Shown here piece after piece: positions 36,801 to 51,042 of a DNA stretch of 64,000 nucleotides (its first letter is position 1; each line of letters begins with the position of its first letter). A program made the position numbers and the translations under genes. Origin of the DNA: Tubulanus polymorphus (Eukaryota; Animalia; Nemertea); the NCBI RefSeq assembly GCF_964204645.1, contig NC_134029.1, forward strand, positions 4,092,001-4,156,000. Reading direction: 5' to 3'. The notes under the pieces are model-generated. The model saw only the letters and a list, made by a program, of their open reading frames with translations. It had not been told where the DNA came from and searched no databases.

Positions 36801-39332
36801 TTCAATTGCCTATTTCTAAAAACTGAAGGAGTTTTAGAGGAGTTTCAGGCATTTTACTCAAATTATGAGCTTCAAGCACCTTTAAAATGCATTTTCTGTT
36901 TAGAAGGAGTTTTTAAGGAATCAACTTGTAGGGACCCTAGATTAACGAGCCCTGAAGAGATCAATGTAAGTACCAATTATGAATTTGTTTAGAGTAAACA
37001 TCCAATTGCCTGAAGCGAAACAACGTACCTGTTAAAACTGTGAATTTTGTTCCTCTGACTCGTGATTTTCCATTCGCGAAGAACGTTTGCGTTTGATGTA
37101 GCGTGGCGTAAGGGATGATTGTTCGCGACGAGTGATTCTCAAAATCGGCAGAAATTGCTATCGATTCACCTTCAAAAAGGAAACAAATAAGTTCCTGAAT
37201 AACATATACAGTTTCATTCACAAAGTAGTAATCGAAAGAACAAGATATCCCGAAGAGGCTTTTCAAATAACAAGGAGCCTATCGGCTTTTATAGCTTCGC
37301 TGTGTGATTTGAAGAAATAGAAGTTGCATACCTAGGGGTGCCCCCTTTTGGCCAAATCCAAAAAGGGCTCTGTACTTTGTAGGTATTGGTCCATAGATTT
37401 AGAACATTCGTACCAAATTTGGAATTGATCTGATTAAAACTGTAGGACTAGTAGCGATTTGAAGAAAAAGTTGACAGATGCACGAACGAACGAATGGACG
37501 ACAACAGCTCACCCCCTAACCCGTCACAGCGGAGCTAAAAATCGCTTAAAACAAGTTTTAAATAGTTTGAATTCTTCCCCTAAGTAGGGAACCGGCAATG
37601 CTACTGTGGTAAGCAAAATTACATCAGGATTTGCCAGGTGTGGCTGTACAGTACAACATCAACACTGGATTTCTTCTTAAACTCAATTAAAATCTAATGA
37701 TGATTTCTCAAATTCTGCGTGATGACACATGAAAATTATGTGATCAAACTTAATTGAAAGTGAACTCATTTTAATCGAGTACATCTATTGTCTTAGTGGC
37801 GCCATTTGAAAGCTTCGATAGCTCATGTGCTGTTACCCAATTTTCATCAAGAACTTTTCAAGGTATTGTTGAGAAAAGAGTGACCTTACCTGGACAATAT
37901 CCTCGTCTGTCCGTCCGAGCGCTGATTGAAATAGGACCTGATGTACATAGCCAACAACATAACGTCTTTTCAACACTATTCTCCACGGGAATCTATGAGA
38001 AAAAAAAGAACTACTGTAATTTAAATAGCTCGTTGTAGTCTAAATAGGCTTTCAGAGTGGGCGTTTCATACCTGATACTCAGGTTTATTAATATCGATCG
38101 GACTAATAACTGTGAAAGCTTTCTTCGTTTTATGATTGAAAGACCACGGTTTGTCAATTTCCGCTTTTAACCAGTATCGTATACTGCCGTGCTTGCCCTC
38201 AAACGACGTAGAGATTCCGCTGAAATGATTAAATTACAGTACAAATTTAACGCGAAAAATTAATTTCATCTTTTGTAAATTTAGATATTCATTCTCTAAT
38301 AGGCCTATACTGGCATTCATCAGAATGTTTCCAGCTGTAACAGATGTTCGCAAACGAAAATCTATAACGACGTACACTTACCCCATCGGTAACTCAAAAG
38401 TGAAGTTGAACTCATGTCGACCTTCACTTAATGTTTCTCTCACAACAGAGGATTCTACAACAAAAAAACATATAAGAAATTTCCATTATTTCTTAAGATA
38501 ATCGATGAATAATAGAATAGCCACACTAGATAATAAGATTAAAACCCAATTTATACAAATTTAAGATGTTGAAAACACCAAATTGACACTGATGATGGGC
38601 TCTAGAAAGTGTTTGGAATGTCACATTTTGTTTCTTCCTCTTGATAAATAAATTTCGTCTTCTAATTTTTTCATGTACAAGTGAATACATAGAAAATTTT
38701 AATCTTTGTAATCACCTAAAAATGTTTACTTTTTTCATGTTTACGTAAAAAAACTCTTTCATATAACAATTGATTATCATTTATCAATACGTTTTCTCAT
38801 CCATATCGCTATACCTAATAAAGTCTTCTTTAGATATTTTCGCAAAATTTTCCGCTAAGACATAAAACATTATGCATTGCACATTCTTAACTTTGCCACA
38901 GAAAGACTAAGGAAATTTTTCTATGAGGCTGACAACACATAACTATAAAACAATTAACACAGTATGATCTACATTGAAAAACAGCAAGATTATCATTGAA
39001 AATTAGCAAATTTAATTTTAGGATATTTTCCCTTTTTTGACTATTCGTCATAAATTACTCGATGAAAGCTTACCTCCTCCAAATAGCACCTGACGTTTAT
39101 AAAAGTATTCGACTTCGGCGTTGTAATGTTCGGTATAGGAACCGAGTCGGGTTCCAGTGCTGCGGGATTCAGTCCAGTGAACTTTAGCTACGCCACGCAT
39201 GAATACGCGCAGGGCTCGCATCTTCATACTGCCCTTCAGTTCTAAAACGCATAGTCCTGTCACCCGTTCCCCAGGGTGGAAAACCGTCTTATTGTCATTA
39301 AGTACAATCTCAAAACATGTGAATTTACCCAT
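33816..39332 (-). CDS. ARRDC: Alpha-arrestin (arrestin domain-containing protein, ARRDC2/3-like)
   Basis: Exons ~39074-39332 (VFHPGERVTG..GVAKVHWTE), 38382-38454, 38071-38220, 37890-37992 (ISARTDRRGYCPG), 37029-37168, 36426-36540, 35833-36038 (LPIVIGTVPF..PPPY), 35324-35481 (PPTY, PPAY), 33816-33875 (IDPHPL..GSQL*). Three PPxY motifs. Confidence 0.92.
34518..34603. mobile_element. Small MITE-like element
   Basis: 11-bp TIR CGGGGCCAGTT...AACTGGCCCCG. Confidence 0.5.
35554..35682. mobile_element. Small MITE-like element
   Basis: TIR CAGGGTGGCCAC...GTGGCTACCCTG with internal TTCCCTGAG motifs. Confidence 0.6.
36574..36939. mobile_element. MITE-like element, family A copy 3
   Basis: CAGGATCCCTACAGATCAGTCATTCCTGGTTATAAGG ... 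AAGGAATCAACTTGTAGGGACCCT; the interior resembles 2885-3289. Confidence 0.7.
37269..37541 (+). mobile_element. Helentron-associated (HINE-like) non-autonomous element
   Basis: Starts AACAAG, has a CGAA/GGAC microsatellite (37482-37500), and ends in an AGCTC...GAGCT palindrome plus AAAAA, the usual HINE layout. Confidence 0.55.
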
Positions 39333-39928
39333 ACTAACATATTATCGGTCTATGAGGTGCGTGTCGTGTCGTAAATGCTTCATTTTGCACTGATTTTCGC
39401 TGTGGTTAATTTTGCCAAATTCAGCCTCCATTATTTTGTTGACACCGGATGCGAAGAAAGCTCGACTGCCACAGCTGGAAATCTGATTGAACTGTCAAAT
39501 TTTAGGTTCGAATCCCGTGTACATGGCACAACTGCACGGCTGATACATTCACGGACATTCAAATGGTATGCACCTGCATATGGTGCTTGCATTCATTATA
39601 AGGCTAATATTTCGCATCCTTGGCTGATTAGGACAAAGGATACTTTGTGTCGAGTTGATCTAGTCATTCATGCACTTACGATTTTTCCAGCGGGCCGAGG
39701 CCGGTTAGCCGTAGGGAGAAGACCGACGGAATTCAAAACAAAATTCGTCGAAACATTTTAATAAGGACTTATATTTATTTTCAAACAAATTCCAGTATTT
39801 GCTTATTGTGATTGTCTACAATCGGATGCCTAGAGATAAATCGTGTACCACCGTGCAACAAGTTCACTTCAATAAAAAAGAACACTTAAACACTCTTTAA
39901 GTCTGTTTCGATAACAAACACACCATTT

Positions 39929-42900
39929 TTACAACGTTTTGAACGTGAAAACAGTTTTTTCTCTGCCAGGAAAACTGCTGATATTATTTTTGTGAGATTT
40001 CTTTAGGTATTTGTGTTTCGGCGAATTTCTTTTTACGATGGTCGAGATCGTTTTATCCATGAGTGCAGATTTATATTTATTCCAGATTTCATCATCGTGT
40101 AAAGTGTCCTGCGCTTCTCGTTCATTCATATATTTCTTGATCTGAAATCGAACGAAATTAAACAAATTCATAATCGATTCATCCACTTCTACCACATCTG
40201 TGTATCATTAATGTATATCATGAACCCCTTGGTTGAGCAGGTGTGGTTGGTTTTAAGGGACACCAAATCAAAACAAATCAAACGAAATCTACCAATCAAA
40301 TAAAAAACAAGGGAATTCCTATTTAAAAATTGAAAAGATTTTTCAAAGGTTTAATAGAAATTGTAGGCCTTGATTCTAAGTGGGTTGATCCTAATTGGAC
40401 TTACCAATGTGTCCACCTTTAGCATCGTGTTGTTGTTTGCGCGCTGAAGGAAGAATCGTTTGCTTATTCTTATTATTTCGGCTCCGTCGCTAATCTACAT
40501 ACGAAATTGTTTCATATTAAAAATCAGGGATATAGATGAGAAATCCGTATCAAAGTGAGATACATGTAGCTAATTTTCGTACCAAACTAAACCCGGGTTC
40601 TTCGGAAGTCATCGGTTGCTGTAGGTGTTCAAGTCCCTGCAATCGGAAGTAGATTTCAGGGTAAACAGAGTGGTTGTTCACTTTCCTGAGAAATGATCGT
40701 TTAGTAACAAAAAAATGAATTCTGCGAAATGACAACGGAGAAAATTAAATTGGGAGAGCGAACTGAACTACTTTACTTCACTTACTAATTCCATAGCTTC
40801 TTTCTTATGCTCTTGCTCTAAGCACTTGTAAATATCCTCCAAGCCCTGTGTGTGGTATAAGCGTGTGGGATAAAAAGCCAGTGAAATTTAAAGATTTTCT
40901 GTAATGAAAACTACTCCGTATCTGTTCTGAGTGGTAAAATAAGCAATTTATATTCTAGTAATGCGGGCATAATTCAAATTCGGCAGTCAAATTGTATCTA
41001 GCGAAGGTTTTTAACGTGAATTACGGCCGCTTTAGCCTTGCGTGTAAAATAAGCCACTGTGGAATATTTTTAAGCGGTGCGAATCAAATATCTCCTATCT
41101 TCTCCCTCGTTGCCTATACTTACAAACATTCCTCCCGACTTCAGTACGTCTAACAGCACTATCGTATCTCTGTAACTCGTCTCTTTCCGTTTGCCCGAAC
41201 CTATTTTCAACATTGACGTCTGCGTCTTCTCTCTCGTGATGAAGAATGGATGATGTTCGTCGTCTGTTTCGTCATCGCTGTCACGTTTCGGTACGTTGAT
41301 AACAGGCGGTAAAAACGCTTCGATTCCTTTCGTTTCTCTTCTCTTTATCTATCATGTATAAGAACAATTTGTAACAGAAATCATGTCAAAAAATCTATAT
41401 TCCCACATGGAGCGATAAAATTGACTCTTACTACCAAATTGGCGAGAAAGATCTTGAAATATTCCAAAATATTTTCAGATTACATCATGATTCTATATAG
41501 CTATTTTTCGGTTGAAGATATTTCCATTTTTCGCCCATTTATCATCAGTACAGTTTACAACGCAAAGTGTTGGAAATTTAGAAACGACTTGAGAGAAGAC
41601 TAGAGAAAACATACAGAAAACGGGTTTTTTTTAATTACCAGAGGTCGTTTTCTTGGTGGAGGAGAATACGAGGTTGAAAACGGATTGAGATCTTTATCGA
41701 AACTCATAGATTTTTTCTGAGCTGAACCTCGACTACCACTGCCGCTACTGTTACGGCTTTTCAGCGCCGATTTACTGGGAGATGATGCAGTAGATCGGGA
41801 TTTACTTGAAGAGCGCGTCTCTGTAAAAAAAAAGATTCAGTTACGTATTCAGAATATATTCATAAACTCGAAGAAAATCCTCAGATTAGAAATATGTGAT
41901 ATCCATATCGCATATGGTTTCGAAATACCTGTAACTCTTTCATTTTGATTTTCCTCGTCATTTTGTTCAGAAATGGTCTGACTCATCACGTTTCGGTTGG
42001 CGATCTGAAAATTGCGTCGAATATTTAGAATCTATGACAAGGAGTCTGAATCCTAAATTCTAAGCCCCCTTTGGGTTTTATATAACATTTTAAGAACATC
42101 AGTAAAAATCAATAGCTTTGACAAAGATTAAGATATGATACAATATAACAAATATTGCGGTATATTGGTGAAGCTGTATACGATTACAAATCCCTTGAAT
42201 AGCACATTTTCTATATCTCATACATATAATTCATATAAGTCCCAGGTTTCCTAGGCGACAAACCCGTTTGAGATATTCTTCTTGAATAGACTCAGGCGAT
42301 TGTTTTTGTTTATCAGATGGTTCTTTGTGAATGATAGTTCTATGTTGTTTATTGGGCGTTACGACCAATGACCGCGCAGATTTCGTCGACGTCCGGAGTC
42401 GAGGAGCAACCTGCAAATTGTTCGGGTTAACATGGTTACGAAAAAAAAACTTCAACACGTTTTATTAGCACATCGTTAATTGAACAAACTTAAGTTATAA
42501 TTTCAAATCATTGAGTTAAACCTATAAAACATATTAGATTGTCAATTCAAGCCGATTGACTTACCTGTGGAAGATGAGCCAATTCAGCTTCGATTTTCAG
42601 ACCCTCTTTGAACATTCTTTGCTGGTAACTCACGCCCAACATAGCTGAAATTGAATGACCACTTATAATGCTTTTGTTCAATCCTTTAAGAAATATTGAG
42701 ACGAATATCGTTAAATACAGTGAAAGTTTACCTTTCGCATGGCTGGGAGGTTTAAAAAGGCCGAGGTCATCTTTACTCTGTTTGACCACTTTGAATTCAT
42801 TTTTCGTGTCAACGACTGATTGTTTTCTGACAACCTTAACATTACCCTAAAGTAAAACATATATAGCACTAAACTGTAAGATCTGGCTGTACTCACGAAT

Positions 42901-45372
42901 TGTTTGATAGCTAAACCTGGGGTAGGCCCTAACGTCGTAAAGTGGTACAAAATTATCAATATTTTTAATGAGTTGAATATAGTGAAAACAAACACGGTTT
43001 TCGACTAACTGTTTTTATTATGTGCAACCAGGGCGTTCTGTTCGTGTCTTTTGCCACCACTTTTCCAGGACTGCAATGAATTAATGGAAAGAGAAATGAA
43101 ATACTCAGTCACTACCGGCGAGCGAAGTGCAGGATTAAATCTCACCCGTAATAATCGTAACGTATGGCTTCATCTTGTTGAGACAGTATTGCATCGACCG
43201 GGAAATCCCGAAATATATCTAATTTTCTGAAATAGATATACGAAAATAAAGACGACTTTCTCAGAGATACGTAAGTTAGTCCTTGGAGTAATCTTTTTAA
43301 ATGATTACTCCAAGGTTAGTCAAGACGACTAGGTGACAGGCTTACTTGACAAAATCTAACGGAAGCTCGTCTGACGTGTGTTGTAAGTGTAAAAATGCAG
43401 ATCTATGCAACACGAGAACTTCCACGTGTCCTTTAGCGAGCATCGCACATTCCCGTAATGTACCCGTTACTAATTCGTCAACCTGTAATTAATTTTGATT
43501 TGAATGAAGAATTATGCTTCGGGCACATGAATTATCAATGAACGTGACACGCGGCAATGGAAACCGACATAAAAAAAGGTGTAGGTAGAAATAATACTCG
43601 AATACGTTTATGATGTAATTCTATACATACGTACATCAGTTGACATGCCTTTGGTTAAGTTACCCATATTACGATTTACAGCCCCCGATGACAGTTTATA
43701 CTGACGAAATTGTACGACTGAAAAATAATATACGCAGAATACCCATCAATGGTCGCAAAAAAACTATCCTTTTAATATATCGCCATTCGATCAATGACAC
43801 GTACTTTTTCCCGATAGAACGTAATAAAACCAGTCCGGTTTCCGTCCTTGTTTCGCGATTAAACGACCATCTTCAAATCTATATCGAATATAATTCGCAT
43901 GAAATATCAAATATCTTTGGGAAGAGACGAACGCAAAATATCAGAAGTTTTTGTTAACACAGTTACCTGTTGTAGCCAACATATTTGGCCGATTCGCTGA
44001 GCATTTCATCCGGAAATAGTTGGACAAACGCCTTCGTTGCCCTCAAGATCCAATCAATCTACAAATAGAATAGATATTCAAGTCTTTTGGAAATTCTAAC
44101 AACGACTTATTTTCTATTTTGTGCAAAATTTTTCTTTTAACTGACCTTTTTCAATTGTTTTCTCGAGCGCTGTCGAGGGGGTATACACAAATATGACTGA
44201 ACTTCCCAACCGATCTGTTAATGAGATGAATTAAAGCAAATTGTATTTGATACATAGAAAGGCCGCAGCTCTGACGAATTAAGAATTTTCCTAAAGGACA
44301 CAGCTCTGAAACGCGGCCAACGCTTACGCTACATCTTTCATTCATCTCACTTCCGGCACTTTTTGGATTAGTCGCGGCCGCACCTCGACGATACTGAGTT
44401 AAAGGTTTGTCGCGTGACATAGAAATAAATCTGTAAAACATATTCTAAGGAATATATTGTAAGAATTCATAAAGACAAGTTAGGTTTGTTGAAATATTTT
44501 GAAGTATTTCATTTGGCTCTACTCGTACAAAGCAGTCTTAGTAAGCCATTTTACCAATTAAAACGTGATATCCTGTTATCGTTAGAAGAATAAAAGAATC
44601 ATGTTTGAATAATTTTCCTGTAAACTTACTGTTGCCATTTCTTGCATGTTTGCGAAATGATTGTCACCATTTTTGCGGCGTATCGAAACTGATCTGACCG
44701 GTTCTACGTGGACGAAATGTAATGCGTATAAAAGTTTAATCAAAACCTACTGTGAGGCCTATAAATTTTTGAAATTATCGAATTGCTAAATCAAATCTTG
44801 TTCAAGTTTTCTTTATCAAGTTATTTAGTTATTCATGTGATTATAAACTGGCCCTGAGACCATGAGGATGTTATTCTTTTATTCGCGTAATTTCTGCACG
44901 CGACATTTTCCATTTCGTACCTTCCATTTCATTCTCCGAGCTCTAATGAAATCCTCCATATCCCAATTATCAATTTTCTGAAGGAAATTGGAGACAGAAT
45001 GATAAACTACGATCTATCAGAGCCACAAATATCATTGAAGTTAACTACTAACTTCTATTCTGGCTTTCGATGTGTCGTCAACCAATTCATAAATGAGCGG
45101 AGGTCTAGGAGGAGGATTGGTCATCATTTCAACTTCGGATATACGGCTTTTGATAACCGACTTGTAATTTTCTGAAATAGGATCACGGGTCGTGATTAAC
45201 TGGGAAAGATTTCGAGAAATTGACGAAGTGCCACGAAAAATGTGATGTCTTCTTTTTCACTAGAAATACAAATTATCTGTATACCTGGCCCATCCCTGCG
45301 GAGTAGTTCGTCGTTTCTTCGTTTTTGGTCTTGCTCCAGTTTCCTCCATTTTTGAACTGTGTGCGAAGTCAT
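39929..45372 (-). CDS. Cyclic nucleotide-binding domain-containing protein 2-like (divergent)
   Basis: Many small exons: MTSHTVQKWRK (45372), IDWILRATKAFVQLFPDEM..VGYNR (43966-44058), FEDGRLIAKQGRKPDWFYYVLSGK (~43805-43878), KLDIFRDFP..YYG, PGKVVAKDT..WLHIIKT|GNVKVVR, IIRISKRFFL (~40404-40495), IWNKYKSAL..TL* (39929). Matches the CNBD2-family layout; start codon uncertain. Confidence 0.75.
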
Positions 45373-47612
45373 AATATTTCTCCTATCTCTGGAATCAATA
45401 TCACCATAACGAAAAATCAAGGCACTGTTCAAATGACCCGTGTTGTTGTGCATTTTTGGAGTTATTGTGATCCCCTTAATCATTTCTGAATATGTTCCTG
45501 ATATGGGATTTTTCCACGAACATATTCGTTGATTGAAAAACTATCCGCAGGGGTTTATCACACAATATAGGAGGATAATCTATTGATATGCGTGGTGGGA
45601 ATCTCTATAGGTGACCGTTCTGGTTCAGGTTTATAATCTCAATTAATATGTACATATCAAACCTTTAACTCTAACCACGAACAGTGACATTTATATTACA
45701 GAATTATGAGCAATTAAAGAAATGAGCTTCGAAATTCACGTTCGATTGCCATAATACGGTAGCTTAGCGTTTTACTGTCGGTTGATGATCGGAACACTGA
45801 TCGGATAAATGCTAAATGACCTGATTAAATCTATTCTACAGCTACAGAAATTACCCTTTTTCTTTTGATTCAGATGGTTAAACACGATTCAATACGATAC
45901 CACGTTATTTTACTTTACAATCGCATCGATAATATTAATGAAACTTAGTGTAGAAACAATTGAAAATATGAGAAAGTTATACTACACGCGTTGTCTCATT
46001 TGATTTTTGATTATTTTTTATATTATTTTTTTCAAAAAGTATGAATGTATGTCCTAGACTCTCTGATGATTAATGTTACTAATATACTGTCAAACGAACA
46101 CTAAATCATTGACAGGTACATGGTCTATTACATGTATTCATTTAAATGTCAGTTCCATTTTTCAATTTGAATTCAAAGGGTAGTTCCATGATTGAAGTCC
46201 AAAAATAAATCTAATGATCAATCTTTACCAGATGGATCATGCAGTTCGTTTAAAACTCACCGTCCTTCGGTTATATCTTGATTTAGTATCTATTTACTCC
46301 AAAACATTTAGCCATTTATATCCAAAACAACCGAATCAAAACGCCACATACACCGTCGGAAATTTTGAAGCCGGCGACAAGTTTCAAATAAACGATTCCA
46401 AATCACAGGTATTTTGATGTTTTTAGCGTTGATTAAATCCACCTTACGCTGGCATAAATGTTCTCAATCCGCCGAGGTACTGTCTTTACCCGTACAGCAC
46501 TAGAAAGAATGTAACGATTGAATTGTTTTCCTATTAAGTTGTCAGTGACAAAAAGCGAATCATTGAAACATTATATATGCATATATATTAAGATAGTCGT
46601 CGCGTCCACTGTAAACGAGGACCGAATGCGACTGAATTGTTTAATCCACTTGTCGACTATGAATGACACAAAACCAGTACTGAAATAAGTTCTTTTCAAT
46701 AGTCTGACAGAATTATACGCAAAAACTGTTTGAATGTTATAATCCCGTTATTTGTTCAGCGAATTTATAGATATGATATTAGTTTTATTGCTGACAAAGT
46801 CGAAATATCAATCTATCGTTATTACTTTTGACTTAACTAGGATTACACAAATCGAATAATGTTTTCGCCAAACTGGATCACCGATCAATGATACATGAAA
46901 TAACTATTAGATAAAGCTTTTGAGTCGAATTCTAGTGTCATTTCCCAAACCAAAGGTCGTGTCGTATCAATCGTGTCACTAGGCGACTTGCATAAAATGG
47001 ACATAAAATGAACGAGGACACGATCGAGAAGGAAAAGCCGCAATAAGTTGAGAGTTAAAGAGAAATTATTCTAAAAACATTTATAAATTACGGGAATGAG
47101 ATGGAGGTTCTTTCCACGAACAGCAACACCCCAAGAGTACGATTTACTCGCACGCCGGGTACGCCAAAATGCGGTGCATTCCTCCTTCAAGATTCTCATG
47201 TGAGGCCACAAACGTCGTCACTAACGCTACATGACTAGTTTCAAATAGTCTTTTTTTCGTACAACAATAGTTCAAGGGGATAAGATCAACAATAGTTTAA
47301 GGGGTAAGATCCGGCGGTTGAGAATATGAATATGAATATGAATTCATTTTCACTTCAAATAACAATTATATACAAAAAAAGATTACGTTAGATTACATAA
47401 TGTTTTCCAACCCGGGACTAGACACTAGAAGAGCCACGACAAGACCTTCAGGTCTCCATTAGTCATTTCGAAATTCATGTTTTCCATGTCGAAGTTAACT
47501 TTCAAGTTTTTTTCACCCTCAGGATGATTTAGGGATACGGGGAGGGGCAGCGCAAGACGCGGGCTCGCGAGCCAAAATTAAATCCACGAACCGTATTGTG
47601 GTGTTCACCATT

Positions 47613-50315
47613 ATGGCTGACAAAGATGATCGTCCCGTATGTAAATACGGTGAAAAATGCTACAGAACGAACGCTGCACATTTATCACAGTTCAAACACG
47701 CACAAAAATTACAACAGGTATATTTTGTTTGCGTTTTGATGGTTTTTACTTCGTTTTGTCCATCTAATAAATTGTGTATGGCTTTGAACGAACTGCCCAA
47801 GAGTACTTTCACCGAAGGTAACCCTAAATAATGCACAGGGACTTGGCTGGACTGCGGGTTAATTAACCTAATTCAATTTCTAGGAACAAGAAAAACAACC
47901 AAAGATGCAGAAAAGAAAAAGTACCGAGACCACAGAGAGTCCTGTTAAAAAGAAAACGAAAATTGATGATTTCTTCCAAAAAGTATCGCCACCGACTTCA
48001 ACTGGAGGCCAGCAGGCTCAGAAAAACACTACAATTGAGGATTTCATTAAGAAACCAGACGTATGTAAAACAACTGCAAAAGAAGAAAAAGATGATGATG
48101 AAGCTGTTACAGCAGTCGAAGAAGCTTCCTCAAAAAGTGAAGTCACCGCAAGCCATGGGAACTCAAGTGGTTACATTAGACCTGCAGATAGTGATAATCA
48201 GGACAAGAATGAACCACTTGTTAAAGGTAGTAAAGTTTATTTGACAATCTTAAATCAGATAAATAGGAGTTTTTAAATTCCAATCTTAAAATTGGGGTAC
48301 TTAGAACTCCTGAATACATTTGGAATACCTATCAGCTATCTGGTTCACAATTAGTCAGTAACCTGTCTGTGGTTTAGTTTCACGATCGGATATTTTCACA
48401 AACCACATGATAATAATGTTGGTCATAATAATAAGCCCATCCGATTATAAAAAGCTTACCACCAACGATTAGGTAACTAACTAGTTCACAATCTTTTTTA
48501 GTTTCGAAAGATAAAGAATAGTTTGAAAATCAGAGTAGGAATTGGGCTTGTAATATGATTCGTTTTATTTTAGATGATAAAACTGAGTGTACTGATGAAA
48601 CCACTAGTACCGGTACTTTACAAGATGCCGCTCAGACAGAGATGGATCCTAAACAAAGCATCAAAGAAAAATTCCTCGTTGAAATGCCTGCAGATTTCTA
48701 TGACTTATGGACTCTATGTAAGAAGGTTAAACCATTGAAGCCAGAAAGTAAGCATCAACCAGATCAGGATTATGAGAAATATGTGAAGTGTATAAATATG
48801 GTTCAATTTATTAAGAGTAGTTGCTGTTGATTTGATAGGTGCATTTGCCAACTCAGGAGGGTTGAAACTGGTCGGCCCATATGATGTGCTCGCTGGTAAA
48901 TGCAAACCGTGTATAGAAAATCGTAAATATTTAATTCACTGGCGTTATTACTACGATCCACCGGAATTCCTTACTGTTCTCAAAGGTGATGATCAATCGA
49001 TGTTTCATATCGGATATTTCAGGTAATTAGTTCCAATTTAAAACATGAAATTGAACGGTACCCCGGTATTTCAACTCTATATTACAACTTTCTATTCAGT
49101 GTTCTTATAGATCGGGGAATTCCAGATTGATCTTTCTCTCATCAGGGCGTCACAAACAATATCTTATAATTTATCAGGGAATTTTTGTACAAGGGTCAGG
49201 GAAATATATCTGGAAGTTCTATTGTGTGGGTTCATAGAAATTCAAGTGGAGTTTTTTTTTCAGAGATGATCCTAAGGAAATGCCAGCATTCGTAGCCAGT
49301 AACTCTGCAGCTAAGGATTGTATCATAACACCTCGAGGGGAAAATATTTTCGCGGCTATTGCGTAAGTTAGTTGGATTTTATCATGAGGGGAAACCTCTC
49401 TGACCTCATGTACAGACAGGTAGTTGAGACATAACCACCTCCCGAATCTCCTATACCCAATTTGGACAAGTTCGAAAGAATTCCAAATACTAACCTTTTT
49501 ACTGGATTACTTTAATGCGCCTTTGAACATTGAATCAGTGACAAAGAGTCCTGATATTTTTTCAATAACTTCAATTTAAACATCTTGAAAATTGGTTTAT
49601 GTTTCAATCTTATAGGTGGCATTTAACTGAACAAAACAAACATACAAAATCTAAAGAGGTCGAAAAACTTCTGCAGCAAGTAAAAGACTTCGCCGCTGAA
49701 CACAATTATAATCTTGATCTTAAAACTCAAAGTATGAAAGAACGCAATAAACGAGTTGTTTGCAAGACATTCCACGGAGCCGGGCTCGTCGTACCCGTTG
49801 ATGAAAATGATGTCGGTTATAGACCCGTCCCTGAAACTCCAGGTTTGTTCAGTGTTGTGAAAAGTTTAATAGGGTCTAGATTTCGAACAAGGATCTCGGA
49901 AATTTTCGAAGTTTTTAATTCCATTCTGCAAGATATTTCTTGAAACAAACATTTTTTCTATGTGAATTTGATACTTTTTTCAGGTGATCTGAAGAAATTG
50001 TTCAAGAAAATCAATGACAGCAAATCTGAGGCCGAACGAAACAAGAGCCTCGACGAACTTCAGGAAATCGTGACTCTAGTACAATTCGCTAACGACGAAT
50101 GCGATTACGGAGAAGGGTTGGAGTTAGGATTGGATTTATTCTCGTACGGAGGCTCGGAGTTGCACTCGTTCATAAAGATGTTGTTACCGATCGGATATAG
50201 ACTGACTGGACGAACTGAATACGAACAGATAATCGTGGAACATTTGAAAAATCGTCGTAAAACGGCCGAACTGAGTCAGATTTCCACGAGTGGATTTCGC
50301 CCAATTCAGTGCTAG
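47613..50315 (+). CDS. HPF1: Histone PARylation factor 1 with N-terminal PBZ zinc finger
   Basis: [20 protein letters not shown] (PBZ); [11 protein letters not shown]; [11 protein letters not shown]; IGYFR|DDPKEMP; [16 protein letters not shown]; [20 protein letters not shown] (contains the catalytic Glu). Seven exons. Confidence 0.95.
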
Positions 50316-51042
50316 TTGGAAAACATTATGTATGCAGTTCTTTTGAAGTCATCACACTGATTATCAGCTTTTCAACGCAGTCTCAGTAAATTGCAGGAGG
50401 GAATTGTGCCCTGCCAGAATACTCGATCCTTTTTCAAACTTTTTGCAATTTTAATCGATGTCAATCAGTACTCTCAGGAATACTACACGTAATTAATCAT
50501 TAATTACATGTAGCTGTTCTCATTAACCTACAACGATGTACTCATCGAAAAACTGCTTTGAATTGCACAACATCTTGGGGTTAGCATAGAACAGCAGGTA
50601 TGTAAGTGAATGTACATGTGTAACCTATTAATACTCCACATATAGAAATAAAGTTGAATATTTCATGATAAAACTGAAAAATATTCATTCGTTTGTCCAG
50701 CATGACCTCGACATCGTAAAAACAAAATTAACAGAAAGACTTGTATATTTAAAACAATACATATTTATTTACACATGTATGTTGTCAATGATTAGTCTTT
50801 TATAAATATGGCACGACAAAAGTTGACTCAGCCAGAAAACCCTGTCTGGTCCTCATTTGTACAAAATAAACATGTAAATAAAACACGGTTTTCTATGACG
50901 TTATCATCTGACGATCTACTGAAGCCAAGTTCGATTTGATTTCAGTAGGTTTCATAAAAAATTCATTTGTTTCATTCAATGATAATGTATAAACTGGTAT
51001 GCGGTAATATAGCGTCCGCTGTCTCCCATGTCAGTAATAGTG

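Noticed and set aside
38589-38625. Hammerhead-like CTGATGA motif in an ARRDC intron
   Set aside because: GAAA box mutated, stem II weak, and antisense to the host gene.
39636-39644. U12-type donor GTATCCTTT on the minus strand
   Set aside because: Lies in promoter/intergenic sequence with no adjoining exon or matching branch site.
39841-39856. ChoRE-like double CACG upstream of ARRDC (by analogy with TXNIP)
   Set aside because: Half-sites are 10 nt apart rather than the 11 required, and are poorly matched.
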